Below are positions 51,881 to 64,000 of a stretch of DNA of 64,000 nt, in pieces; positions within the stretch are counted from its first letter, which is position 1; every line of letters begins with the position of its first letter. The position numbers and the translations under genes are program-made. The DNA is from Selaginella moellendorffii. Lineage: Eukaryota; Plantae; Lycopodiophyta. The stretch covers positions 207,691 through 271,690 of the forward strand of contig NW_003314322.1 of assembly GCF_000143415.4 (NCBI RefSeq). The letters are read 5' to 3'. The notes below the pieces were generated by a model. The model made no database searches. It was not told the origin of the DNA and saw only the letters and a list, made by a program, of their open reading frames with translations.

Positions 51881-52238
51881 TGAAACGAACAAGAGAGCAA
51901 ACCCTAGGCCAACCTCCCAACCCTTAAGGCATTACGGCCTTAAATCCCACAGGCCATGGAATATTCTCAGAATATTCCCGTGGTTCGTGTCATTCTCCCC
52001 TCCCTCATGACCCAGCCACATACGGCAGCCTCGAGAAGCTAAACGAGCCTCACATGGAGTCCAAGGCAATACGGCCATGGAGAAAAGATGTGCAAACGGC
52101 AACACCAACGTCGTGACAAACGGCCACAAAAGAAAGAAAGCAATACGGCTTTCTCACATGACAATACAGTCATGGAAACAAGAGAATGAGAATAGAACAA
52201 ACGGCTCAAATCATATAGCAATACGGCCATAAAACTCA
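51881..52238 (-). repeat. 3' LTR (358 bp) of Ty3/gypsy chromovirus
   Basis: Minus strand TGAG...TTCA, immediately after polypurine tract GAGGAAGGGGAGAA (52240-52253); helicase homology stops exactly at 51880. Confidence 0.85.
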
Positions 52239-52254
52239 ATTCTCCCCTTCCTCA

Positions 52255-54818
52255 GGAATGTCATCCAAGTCATAACCAAAACTCGGAAACACTCTCTTCT
52301 CGTCATCCTCAATTTCCCATGTAGCTTCGTCCATGGAATAACCATTCCACTAAACTAACAACTCCCTAGTTGTTTTCCGGCGTGTTTTCACCAATCTTTG
52401 AGCAAAAATATTGGCCGGACTAGCCTTCTCTGCATCAATCTCTGGAACCTGGATGATGGACTAATCCATGATATCACTAGAGTGCAAACACGCTTTAAAC
52501 TTGCTCACATGGAACGTTGGATGAATCTTTGAACTAACTGGCAAATCCAAAGTGTATGCAAGATCCCCCACACGCTGTAAAATTGTCCAAGGTCCACAAT
52601 ACCGTGGAGACAACTTAGCACTGCCACCTCCTTTTAAAGACCGTTGTGCATCCGACAGCTTAAGGAAAACTTTGTCACCAACTTTGTACTCTTGATAACG
52701 ACGATGCTCATCAGCCAATCTTTTGTCTCGTTCTTGAGCTTGCCTCATATTCAATTTTGCCAACTCAAGCTTGTCTTGCATATCCTCCAAGAAATCACAA
52801 GCATGAGGAATCCAAACCAAAGCCAAATTCAAACTCACAGGAGACCTAGGCTCATAGCCATACATCGCCATAAAAGGAGACATGCCAATAGCCGATTGAT
52901 GAGCACTATTGTGAGCAAACTGAAGCAAAGGCAAGTATTTCTCCCATACTCCCTGTCGACTCAAATTTCCCACAAAAGACTGTAGCATATCTTCTAATAG
53001 TTGATTCATGCGCTCTGTCTACCCATCAGATTGTGGATGCTCACCACTACTCATGCTTAGTTTAGTCTCTAGTTTCTCAAAGACCGTTTGCCAAAACTTG
53101 GACGTGAACTTAGGATCCCGATCACTCACAATGTCACCCGGCAAACCATAGAGACTGAATAACTGGTCTACAAACAACTGAGCAAGTTCAGAAGCTTTTA
53201 TCATTGTCTTCACAAGGAAAAAGTGAGCCATCTTCGTCAAACGATCCACAACAACCCAAATAGCATCATTTCCTAGAAAGGTTTTGGGCAAACCAGTGAT
53301 AAAGTCCATCGAGATGCTATCCTATTTATTCTCGAGTACACGTAAAGGATGATAGAGGCCAGCGAGCTTCTGATGATCAACTTTGACCGCCTGGCAGGTC
53401 AAGCAACCACGTACGTAGTTCTCAACATCTGACTTCATCCCAGGCCAAAAGAAATGCCTCTTCACCAACATATACATTCTCAATACCCCCGGATGCCCAG
53501 CACTTGGCACATCATGACACACAACCAAAATCCGTTTGATGAGTTTGTCAACACGAGGAACCACTACATGTCCCTTCTTCACTAGGATTCCATCTCGTAT
53601 TTCGAATGACGCAAACTTGTCACCCTTCAAATCTGTAGAGGCGTCCCTCAACAAAACCTTCGCGCGAATATCAGTGATAAAGGAGTCAAAGTCAACAAAC
53701 TCCTTAAGCTCATCCAAGAGATTGCTGGATAGCTTCACAAATGAAATAGAATTTACCATCCTGGATAACGCATCAGCCACCTTATTGTCACCTCCATGCT
53801 TGTACCGGATCTTAACAGACATTTCCTGCAGGAACTCTTGCCAACGAGCAAGGCGGCCTCGAAGATCCTTTTGTCAACTGAAATATTGGAGAGATTGATG
53901 GTCTGAATCCACATAGAAGTCCGATCCATAGAGATAATGTCGCCATTCCTTCACAGCAGCAATCACAGCATACAACTCCTTGTCTCGAGTAGGCCAATTC
54001 CGCTGTGTGGCATCAAACTTATGGCTCATGTACGCAAGAGGATGCCCAACTTGAAGCAAAACAGCTCCAATAGCAATGTCACTTGCATCTGTCTCGACCA
54101 CAAGAGGCTTTTCAGGATCAAAAATCTTCAACACCGGAGCAGAGATACAACATTGCTTCAAACGTTGAAATGCCACTTCACACTTCTTATCCCAACCATG
54201 AATAGTAGCATGTTTCGACGTATTCTGGAGAAGATCAGTTAAAGGGGCTGCTATCCCTGAAAAGTCCTTCACAAATCGTCGAAAAACTCTAGCCATACCA
54301 AGGAAACTACGGAGATCATGCACTGTGGAAGGTATAGGCCAATCAACCACGGCTTGAATCTTTGCGGGATCAGCTCTCACTCCATGTACCGAAATCAAAT
54401 GCCCGAGATATCCAATCTCCTCTAAAAAAAACTCGCACTTGGATAATTTCGAGTAGAGCTTGTTGTCCCTCAAAAGTTGTAAAACACTTCGCACATGCAT
54501 CTCATGTTCCTCCACGGAAGAACTGAATACTAAGACATCATCAAAATAATCAATTGCAAACTTTCCCAAGTAAGGTTGTAGAACGTGATTCATCAATCTC
54601 TGAAAAGTTGCAGGAGCATTTGTCAAACCAAACGGCATCACTAAAAACTCGTAGTGACCTGTCCTTGTCTGAAATGCAGTTTTCAGAACATCCTCTGGCT
54701 TGACACAAATCTGATGATATCCTTGCCTCAAATCAATCTTCAAAAAATATCGAGCTCCACGAAGACGATCAAGCAAATCATCGATACGAGGGATCGGGAA
54801 CATATTCTTCACTGTCAA
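52255..54818 (-). mobile_element. Ty3/gypsy pol remnant: RT, RNase H, integrase and chromodomain; gag, protease and 5' LTR missing
   Basis: PIPRIDDLLD, KIDLRQGYHQ, MPFGLTNAPATFQ, YFDD, VETDASD, HPG..CLTC, MDFITGLP, SDRDPKF, KLSPRYCGPW, LV*WNGYSMDEATWE. Confidence 0.95.
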
Positions 54819-54915
54819 ATAGATGGCATAAGTGCCAAAGGGGTGGCAACGCTTCAATGTGATTTTAATGACGCTCCAAATCAAGGAAATTTTTAGGGCA
54901 GATTGAGAGCTGCAA
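54815..54915 (+). mobile_element. 5'-truncated copy of the Helitron 5' module
   Basis: tcaaatagatggcata..gtgccaaaggggtggcaacgcttcaatgtgatttt..gctgcaa matches 31270-31376. Confidence 0.85.
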
Positions 54916-54980
54916 AAGTCTTACCTCTATTCTCCCTGCAGTTCAGCTTTAAAATATTACTATGTTCAGCTTTAAAAGAC

Positions 54981-57020
54981 GAGCGAAAGGCCCTTCCTGT
55001 CTGTCATTTTTCGACAAGGTCGACAGTGACACTGATGAAAGGGAAATGACAGCGATGAAGGCAAAATTGACAGCACTGGTATGGTTTGGCAGCTTCAATC
55101 ATCAAATCCAGTAAAAGATGAGAGGCAGATGAACGGAAAAAATAAAAAGACTGGGCAAGTTTGGGATCTCACCAGTGTGGGAAAGTCTGGGTAATGCTTT
55201 GCGTGTTCGTGTTTTTTTCCAACCATGCTGTTCGTGATTCCAGCAGAAGTTCTTGAAGGCCAAATTAATATTTTGAGAGTCAAGCTAGGAGAAGTTCAAC
55301 TCGCAAAGCTCTTGGCAGGAAAGAGGTGGATCAGATGCCATACACACGTAAACCTCCTATTTTCTTTCATTTTTTTCTTCAGGAATTCCATCTCTTGTTG
55401 CCAAGCCGCTGGGGTGTAGGGAATTAAAATGCCTGATTTGGTAAATTCATGAAACCTTGTTCTGCTTTTCCTGACGAACACTGTAGGTACTCCAAAGGCC
55501 TCAGCTACGATTCTATACTTGACTGGAACAGCAAGGCTGCTTCTCGATCTTCCTCGCATTCGTTATTATTCTTCTCAGAACTTGGTAGCCACAATTTTCA
55601 CTAAAATCTAAAACAAGCACTGACTAAAGTCACGCAGATACCCGAGTTCATTCAAAAATCTGGACCGCATAAGGTGCTGTTATAGTAGCATAAATTTTTT
55701 TTTACGATGCTAATCAAAATCTCTCTTTTTCACTTCTTTTTAGGTGAAAGTTTTTTTTTTTTCTGGCACAAGAGAGTGTGCACTTCCATTCGTAAGAGAA
55801 GCAGCCAAGAAGTACTCCGAGTTGATGTCTTTCAGATGTGTTTTGTGGAGGCAAGAGGAAGCTTCGATTTGGAAAAGCCAGTAGTTTTAGTGATAATCAC
55901 GTGAATTCATTCATGCTTTTGCATGTGGAGCAGGCTTGGCACCGGCAGTAGTTTTCATCAAAGATCCAGGTGTCTAGCCCATAATTGTTTATGGTAAGAA
56001 TCTTCTTTTCGGCTTCTTTGAGATGATTTCTTTCACTTTGCAGGTAAATTGACCCGTGACTCCTTCATGGAAACTGTGGAAGAACATAAAGTTCATGGTA
56101 AGTACCATGTAGGCTCTTCCTCCTTTTGCTATCTTTTGAATTGCAATTTGATGTGAGTGCTTTTCAGCTGCGAAGCATCACGGCTTCCAAACTCTGATGT
56201 GATCCCACGGACTTCTCCGCAGCTGGAAAAGATGTAGCAACATGGTACTGCATTGTGGCTGCTGGAAGGCCTGGTTTTCAGCTTGATCAACTCCGCAGTG
56301 TAAGATTTTTCTTTCTTGTTGTTTCTAGCTGACGAGTTTCTCATATTAGATGATGAGAATCGTGCAAGATGAGCTCATAAGCGAGGACATTGATAGCCAC
56401 AATTTTTCTGCTGCCAGTGCATACAAAGACAAGCTTTTGAGCCTATCATGGCTTGACGGCGAAATGCAAAAGGTGGATAGTTATATAGCTCGCTGGTTAA
56501 TTAATCCTCGTTTTTGTGCAGAAATTTTGCTATTACTGCCTCTCTTCTGAACCCATCCATGAAACTTGCAGGCCGAGGCAGAACCAAGAGCAAGACGTGG
56601 CAAGGATTTTTATGATATGTTTTAGAAGAGATCCAAACCATCAAAAGTCAGTGGTGAAGAGAATCAATACCTGGTGGCGTTTGGATGATGAGGAGCAAGA
56701 TTTAGCATCGATGCTTATTGCTCCATACAGTGATGCAAATGAAATCTCGGAGGTTGGTTGGTTTCACTTAGACTTTTTTTCTCTTTTCTTCTCTCTTTTT
56801 TGCTATACAAAAGAGTTTTTCTGTAGGTTTTATCGTGGATTTCTAATAGTGTTTGTAACGGCGAGACAAATGAAATTCCATTCTTTGTAAGTGTTGTGGT
56901 GTTTTGAAAGTTTGGAGAACTCTTGACTGTGGGATTTTGTTCGAATACTAAGTCGATGCTGCGTTAATACCCGAGGAGCAAGCAGTCTCGATGCTCTCTT
57001 CAACGCGGAATGCTGTGAGT
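54981..57020 (+). pseudogene. Second copy of the cargo block containing the DnaJ/thioredoxin fragment (paralog of about 8901-10960)
   Basis: Colinear nucleotide similarity over about 2 kb. Confidence 0.85.
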
Positions 57021-58047
57021 GGAGTGAGGAGGAGCTTGATAGACAAAGTGAACAGTTTAGTTGTGGATTTTATGGACTTTCAATGATAAGATTCCAATTA
57101 TGTAAGTACCCTGAGATCTGTTATCAATATAATTATCAAGTATAAAAACATGAGCATGATATGATATACGAATCATATAAATCAACTGTGAATACGTTAC
57201 ATATTTGTACGTATGTTTATTTGACATAAGCTTAACCACATATTAACACACACACACATATAAGCTTGTTTACGAAGACATTATGAATACGTTATATATC
57301 ATGAATGAAATAAATTAGTGCGAGATTAATGATAGATGAATTACCCTGAGATCTGCAGTATGAGAATGCCGATGAAGTTATGTAGCAGTGCAGCTATATC
57401 AGACAGGGCGATCTTCAAGGTTAGGAAAGGTGACTGAGCGAACTGTATTTCTTTATGGGAATGGAGTGGTTGTGAGTTAATGGTAAAGAGGTGATTTTGA
57501 GTTTTGAGTTAATGGCTCTTTGTGTTTGCGTTGCCAAGGAAGGGCTGTGGATGTGAGAAAAATAATTCTAATTTTATCAGATGCCTCTGGTGGAACCAAA
57601 GGGCTCTCTGCCAAGGAAGGATCTTTCTTGAGAGTAATTAGCAAGAGCGTGACCTTGGCTTGTGGCAGCGGATAGAAATTTGAGGCAAAACAGAAGACTG
57701 GCTTACATCCTTCTCCTATCTTGGCTCTTTTCTTTGCATAAGCAAAATGATCGAGATCAGCAATGCTCAATCCCAGATCCAGGCCAGGCGATGCTGTTAG
57801 TGGCTATAGATCCAAGCAAGGATAATTTGAGCACCATGTCGTAGAGCACCAAGGTCATGGCAGCCATCTGGGATGATATGCCAAGGCTCAAAAATGCTCT
57901 CTGCTGCAGGGAGACATGCAGGAAAATATCCCTATCTTGCTATGAACAACACCAACTACTTTGATCTCGAGCTTTTCTCTATCATATGTTTTGCAACGGT
58001 GGATAGTTTCATTTAAGTGTTTTCTTCCAGGAATGTTGTCTAAGTTC

Positions 58048-58300
58048 ATAAGACGGTGTGCTTGGAACAAATTGCCCAATTTCACCGGGAGCAGACTGGA
58101 CATCAAGTTCCCAGTGGAAGACCAGATTGGGAAAGTGGGAGACCTCTAAAGAGTTGAAGAGATTCATTACAGAATCAGCCAGACCAGTCTTGGACTTTGA
58201 ACCAAAACAATGTTCTTCTTGTGATGGATGCTGCTCTAGACCTAAACCATGTACCCGGATCTTACATGGCTCTATCATCAAGGCCACTGCCACTTGAAAT
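58048..58300 (+). pseudogene. SKU5/SKS multicopper-oxidase-like fragment
   Basis: DGVLGTNCPISPGADWT, frameshift, FPVEDQIG matches DGVLGTNCPIPPGWNWTYEFQVKDQIG. Confidence 0.75.
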
Positions 58301-59759
58301 GAGGCATAGAGCTGGTTTTGCAACCTCCACTGTCCTTGGAAATTGGTCATGCTATATGCAACGTGTTCAGAGGTCTACTTTCAAAAAAACTGAGAGGACT
58401 TTGTGAATGCTCTTGGCCTGGAATCTAAATGGTTTCCCAAATTAAGCCTTGTGTATTCCAGGGAATGCTCCACCACAGTAGCCATCCTGACAAGACCACC
58501 TTCGTGCATGCATTGTATCATGATTTAAGGGCATAAGGATTGTGCACAGCAGAGACACAGCTTGAGAAGCACTCTAAGTGAGGGTCTTGATAGAAGTCTA
58601 GGTGCGATATTTTTTCTGTGATCTAGAAATATTTTGATATCAGTGTCTTGCTACCAAAAATTATTGTAGCATACCTAAATTTGAAGCCAAACTCCAAACC
58701 TATTATGCTATGAAATGCGGGTCCATATGCACTCAGAATCCCTTACAAACAGAATCCCTTACACAAAATGGTTTTTGATGGAGTTTAGCATAATTTTAGC
58801 ATATTAGTGGCCTAACATGAGGAGGTGGACAATTTCTATATAGACACCCTTGGCCTGTATAAGTTACGAACTTTCAAAGTCTCCTTTAATGTAATTTCAA
58901 ACCTTGTTCTCAGTGTCGACTCTACCGAGTTCATAAGAGAAATTGGCATCCTTTCTCCTCTTCTTTAGCACTTCTTAGGCAGTAGTTGGTGTTCCACATT
59001 CATAAAATGTGAGTTGAGATCTAAGTTTAAAACTTAGAATGAACCTGTCAGGCCATATTTTAACAACCAATCCAACTGACTGTTTAGTAGGCAAGATCCA
59101 ACAACCCCTGTCTCATCTCTTCAAGCTCCAACTTTGTCACCAGGCTAGAAGTAACACATACCAAACAATGCCGCTCCTTCATAACTCCACTCCAAGATTA
59201 AGATAGCTCCCATGACAATACTGGCTTCCGTTAACAAAATGAATTGTTGTACCTCTCTTTTCTCTGTAAGACAATGAGTCATTCTTGCACAATCATAAAG
59301 AGAAAAAGAGCAAACTTCGCCTCCTTCACAGGATTATAATTGAAAATTAGTTCTTTATTGGTCATAGAGCATACTCCAATGATGTGTCAGCCATTGACAG
59401 CAGTCACCCTACCAAACCCATCATACTGATTCTACTTTTCCCTGCAATTTGCCTTGCATGAGTTACAGATCTGACTTGCAAAATTTTTTTTGTGCATGGC
59501 ATCCACCACTACAAGATCTTAGCCAGCAGCATCACCCTGTAACTCAAGAACCTGGGTAAGTATACATTGCTTCATCATGCATATTCTCATCTTACCCTCA
59601 GCTGCCATAAGCTTGTCCACCTGTGAGAAGAAGCAATTGAGGAGAAGAAAACAATCCATGATTTGCAAGATGGCGTGTCCAATCATCCAAGGCAATTACA
59701 TAAAAAAGGCCTTGATAAAAATTCTCTTTTTATTTTCCCTGCATCTGGAACTGTTGCTA

Positions 59760-60340
59760 AGCACCACATAATCTCCTTGTGTCCTTTCCAGAGTTGGAGT
59801 AACAGATCATTCCTCCTGCTTCCCATTGCTGTGACTACAATACCAGTCGATCAAAAAGAGGCAATCCATGGCTGCTAGAGCTGCTTCTAAATCCATGATT
59901 CTCAACACCCACAGTGGCTTGCTCACCTGGAACTCTCATTGCAAAAGCTCGACTGTGAGAACATTGGACAGAGCTGTAGCCATAGAGATAAAGTAGGCTC
60001 CAAAGCAGTCGGGTGGCAACTTGGATATAACATAGAATGTGCCTAGCACATCCTGGACCTTTTCAGTCATCTAAAGATCAGCACCAAAGAGTGCTCTCTT
60101 GCTGCGGAGGTCTGTGAGCAACCATTCTTGCCTCTTCTTTTCTGGCCAGCTTCTGTAGTTACCCAGGCTGAGATGATTTGTGATGGCGTTCATAACATCT
60201 GTATGCCTCTCAGACTCCTGGCGAATGTCTAATCTCACGAGTCCCAGCCCAAAGCTCACAACTTGACACATGAAGTCCAGCAGGCTGCCATCAGTGATTG
60301 GCTTGTCGCTTGTAGAGTGATATCAGACCTCTAGAGGCTG
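59760..60340 (-). pseudogene. PPC: Plant-type phosphoenolpyruvate carboxylase fragment
   Basis: [42 protein letters not shown]; [22 protein letters not shown]. Confidence 0.9.
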
Positions 60341-60754
60341 CAGTATGACTTGGACTTGGCGGGTCTCCAGCTATATGTGTAGAAGAGCCCAATAGCTGTG
60401 AATATGTGGCTCCTGAAACTCTTCCCCAAGGTGTTCATTCACATATATTACAGAACCTGCAGGCCATGGTTCTTGCATAAATATTAAGATTCATTTGATC
60501 TTATTGTGTATTAGTAATTAATGTATAAAATCAGTACTGTATAAATGTTCTTAATATATACTATTTACTGTTATTATATATAAGAGTTAGAATGTGGTTC
60601 CAATGTATACAACAGACCACTAACATTCCACTACAAAACTATAGGACTGGATTGTATGCTAGCATTGAAGTCTTGCAACAAGTGGAAGCTGAAAGAGGCT
60701 CTTGGAAGTATATATTAATGCCATGTCATTAACATAATTTTTGCAGACTCAGCT

Positions 60755-62863
60755 TGTGATTGCATGGAATATGGAAAGGGAATACAGAAAATGTCCATAT
60801 CAATTAACCCAAAAACCCTAGCTTATATACAGGAGCGAGTGGTCTGAATTGAAACCAATCTGACATCTACCAAAATCCCACTATGCTAATCTTAGTATAT
60901 GGCATCATAGCCATACATTTGGACCTCACATCACCCCCTCCTCTCAAAATAATGAAAGACCATCATAAGATGGGGAAAACAAACTAACACCAAGTCATCC
61001 ACTTTGCACTCTGCAGGTGGATGATGATGGGAGTTATAGTGTTGTCGTTGTCCCACTTGTACGTGGCCTAAGTGTTCGACAGACTCTACTCAGACAAGTG
61101 GAAGAATGCTCGTCAAATACTAATCCCACAACCTAACATCGGCAGCTCATAGCAATCGTGAAGGTAAACCTAGCTCCGTTGGTAATATTAGATCATGACC
61201 ATATAGGAGTTTATATGGTGAAGCACCAACAGAACTTTGCACCCCTATGATATATGCATACCGAAGACACGGCAAATAACCATCTCAATCCGAATGCTAA
61301 AAGTTCATGTACTTCGCGATTATTCCCTTGAATGTCTGAACAAACTGTTCCACCAAACCGTCTGATTGTGGATGATAAACACTCATGAAAGTGTGGTGTA
61401 TCCCCAACCGAGACGTCAAAACATGAAATGCCTCAGCTATAAATACGGGACCATTATCCGAAAAAATCCGCTCCAAACAAAAATGCTGAAACACCACTTG
61501 ATTGAGGAGGAAGTATCCAATAGCATTTGCAAAAGCATTAGCAAGAGCACCAACTTCCACCTAACAAGTCAAATAGTCAAAAACAATAATAATATATTCA
61601 TTGTTAGCAGTCGAATGTGGAAAAGGTCCCATAAGATCAAATACCACCAACTCAAATGGATGGGATCTACAATTAACTCCAACCATCCTTCTGCGGCACG
61701 AGAGGGAGTATTACGAGTTTGGCACCAAATACAGCTATCCACATACCAGATAATATCACGTCGCATCTCCGGCCAATAAAAAGACCTGTGCAGCTTTTTA
61801 GTCACACAACGATGTCCCATATACCTGTAAGCGACTAAATTTTTCCATTATACTTTAGTCACTTAACCACACCTCTGACCACTTGGAGGAGTCTCACTCA
61901 CAACCTCCATAAGTCCTATTTTGGACTTGGGCTTGCTAGCCCTGAGAATGGCATCCCTGCCACTCAACCTTTGCACTTGGTCCAAGTGCTCCACGTGTCC
62001 GATCCCATGACCGACATCCCAAGGTACCACTAACATATCAGCCCGTTACACTAAGGCCATGCCCATTCACCTTGGTCACATCGGTGGTCTGACACCACTT
62101 ACATCACAATCCCGTCTCTCAAAGACTAAGCCATCTGTCCATGAGTGTTCATCCCAGATCCACTCCTTAGCATCCTTAGGATGCCCATAGACATGAGGAA
62201 TAGCCTTCCCCAATATCCCCTTTCAGGTCCCCACCAAGTCCCTTTCTGCCCATGGCCGTGTTCGCCAACACTGCCACTGGATCAAGGCCCACAGGCCTGA
62301 CCACTAAGTCCCACGGTCCTCTGGGACTTCCTCCTCACATAACCGTATCCTTGGTCTCTACACTATAAGACAGCTCCTCTTCCTTTTCACAAATTAGGAC
62401 CTTGGGGCAACATTTCGGAACACCGTGGCCTTACGCGAGCCTTGTGGGTACTCTCCCTGCCTTCCGCCTTTGGGTGCTCTAGCCATGGGCTTAGAGCGAG
62501 GTTTCATTGAGCCACACCAAGTATCCAAGTAGGTAGTGCCACCCACACTTGGACTGGGAGCATTGGCCAGTCCATCTCCCGGGGGAACTAAAGCCGGATT
62601 TTGAACACTTCACCAAGCTACCCCGCTTGTCGGTCCATATTCACTCTAGTCTTGGACTTCCCGGTGGGCAGCTCATCACCCAACACTGGGTACAGCCTTC
62701 CTGGGCCGAAAGGGAATATAGAAATGTGTATATCAATTAGCCCAAAAACCCTAACTTATATATAGGAGTGAGTAGTTCGGATTGAAACCAATTTGACGGT
62801 TGCCAAAATCCCACTATAGTAATATTAATATATGGCATTGTAGCCATACACTTGAACCTTACA
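60755..62863 (-). mobile_element. Small decayed LTR retrotransposon (gypsy-type integrase) with short LTRs
   Basis: Direct repeats about 60755-60930 and 62708-62863, both starting TGT on the minus strand; PPT GAGAGGAGGGGGTGA at 60931-60945; integrase HMGH..FYWPEMRRDI..CIWCQ, SDNGPVF, YHPQSDGLVE (61297-61820). Confidence 0.75.
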
Positions 62864-62895
62864 AACTAAATTTGTTTTGTTTTTTTAAGTAATGA

Positions 62896-64000
62896 CTAGC
62901 AGGGAATCCAGCTCCGCTGGGATAGATAGGACATTTGTTACATTGGTGACATGAATCCTAGAGAATTTTGTTATACACAATGTTTTTCGTATAGACATTA
63001 TGGTCCTGGAGCATACCTTGTCCTTCACATTGTTCAATAGACATTGTAATTTGTTTCTTTGATGTTCCCCTTGAAAGTGCAACATAAAGTTGACCATGGC
63101 CAAAAACAGGTCTTGGCAAGTAGATACCCACATTCTATAATGTTTGTCCCTGAGATTTGCAAATTGTCATGGAGAATGCAAGCCTTATTGGGAATTGTCG
63201 TCATTTAAGGATAAATGGCATGTCTCCTTCAGTTGGTTTTAAAGAGATTCTTGGTAGGAGGACTTTTTTTTCCTTGCATACCATTATGTAGAATTTCAGC
63301 TTCTATAACATTTGGTAGTGCCTTGGTTATAATTAGTTTAGTGCCATTACAAAGGCCTTTTTTAGTGTCAATGTTGCGTAACAACATTACAATACATCCG
63401 ATTTTTATCTGTAGCTTGTGTGGAGGCATTTCAGATGGTGTTACTGAGTTTAAAAATTCTACAGGATAGTCCAACATCTCTTCTTCCGAATTTGTTTCTA
63501 CAATGTCAATGCTTCTGTATGTTATTGTTCTGCTGGTCATTCTCAAAAGAACTTGGTTGTTCATTTGTAGAGAGAGATCATTTAAAGTCGTGAGAATAGC
63601 TTTCTGCAATAGGTTTGGGTCATTTGGTTGAATATGCTTTCCAAACACATTATCTATCATTTGTTCTCTGGATGTCGATAGGTAATTTTATAGCTTCTTG
63701 GTTGAATCCTTGGAGGCTAGGTAGGTTACCATTTCCAAGCTTCACAAGCCATCTAGACCATTCCTTTTCTTCAGAGTTCACCCTCATGTTTGTATGTAAT
63801 GAGAACTTTACAAGTTTCCAACATATTGGTGAGGATTTCACGTTGTTTTGGATAATTTGTGTGCAACGGGCTCTTTTTAGAACAGGTAATGTCTGTCTGA
63901 AATCTCCTCCTGTTACTGATGTGATGCCACCGAATTCTGTATCACAGTTTTTTATGTCACGCAAGACCCTCTCGACAGCTTTAAAAGCGTGAATGGGTAC
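62896..64000 (-). mobile_element. RepHel: Helitron 3' portion: Pif1 helicase C-terminus (disrupted) and type-A 3' end
   Basis: GGDFRQTLPV, PPHKLQIKIG, GLCNGT, FPIRLAFSMTICKSQG, FGHGQLYVALSR; stop 62958-62960; hairpin CCCAGC-GGA-GCTGG about 62907-62921; CTAG 62899-62896 followed by T. Confidence 0.95.

Noticed and set aside
47591-51927. Functional autonomous transposase
   Set aside because: Multiple stops, frameshifts and an LTR insertion.
58920-59280. Possible chaperonin-10/20 fragment on the minus strand
   Set aside because: Too degenerate to support without a search.
60750-62868. TSD for the small LTR element (agct versus aact)
   Set aside because: One mismatch in 4 bp and an uncertain LTR boundary.
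3148-62921. Hairpins as rho-independent terminators or REP elements
   Set aside because: No poly-T tail; a fixed distance to CTAG and linkage to a RepHel gene identify them as Helitron 3' ends.

Overview
Eukaryotic land-plant genomic DNA with five N-gaps. Very short GT-AG introns, ALDH21-type and PLS-class PPR fragments suggest a lycophyte or bryophyte such as Selaginella (inference). No intact host gene is recognisable; the window is almost entirely Helitron DNA. At least 8 clear and 5 decayed Helitron 3' ends (CCAGC-NNN-GCTGG hairpin, then CTAG about 8 nt later) and several copies of a conserved 5' end (TCATCATACTCCCTTATTTAAA-like) are visible. From 7934 to at least 51880, six same-orientation elements abut with no spacer (CTAG|TC or CTAG|TAC junctions), which suggests Helitrons inserting into A|T sites in the 5' termini of other Helitrons. 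They carry about 20 intron-containing host gene fragments (MRL1-like PPR, DnaJ/thioredoxin, Serinc, CYP88A/KAO, SGR2, class III peroxidase, FGAM synthase, TIC32-like SDR, ALDH21, DUF2358, AP-5 zeta, alpha/beta hydrolase, PEPC, SKU5-like, GH27, E2), several duplicated between elements. Also present: two decayed RepHel genes (47591-51880 +; 62958-64000 -), a truncated chromodomain Ty3/gypsy element inserted in the first, a small integrase-bearing LTR element and a Harbinger transposase remnant. Protein calls come from remembered family motifs, not database searches; fragment boundaries are approximate.
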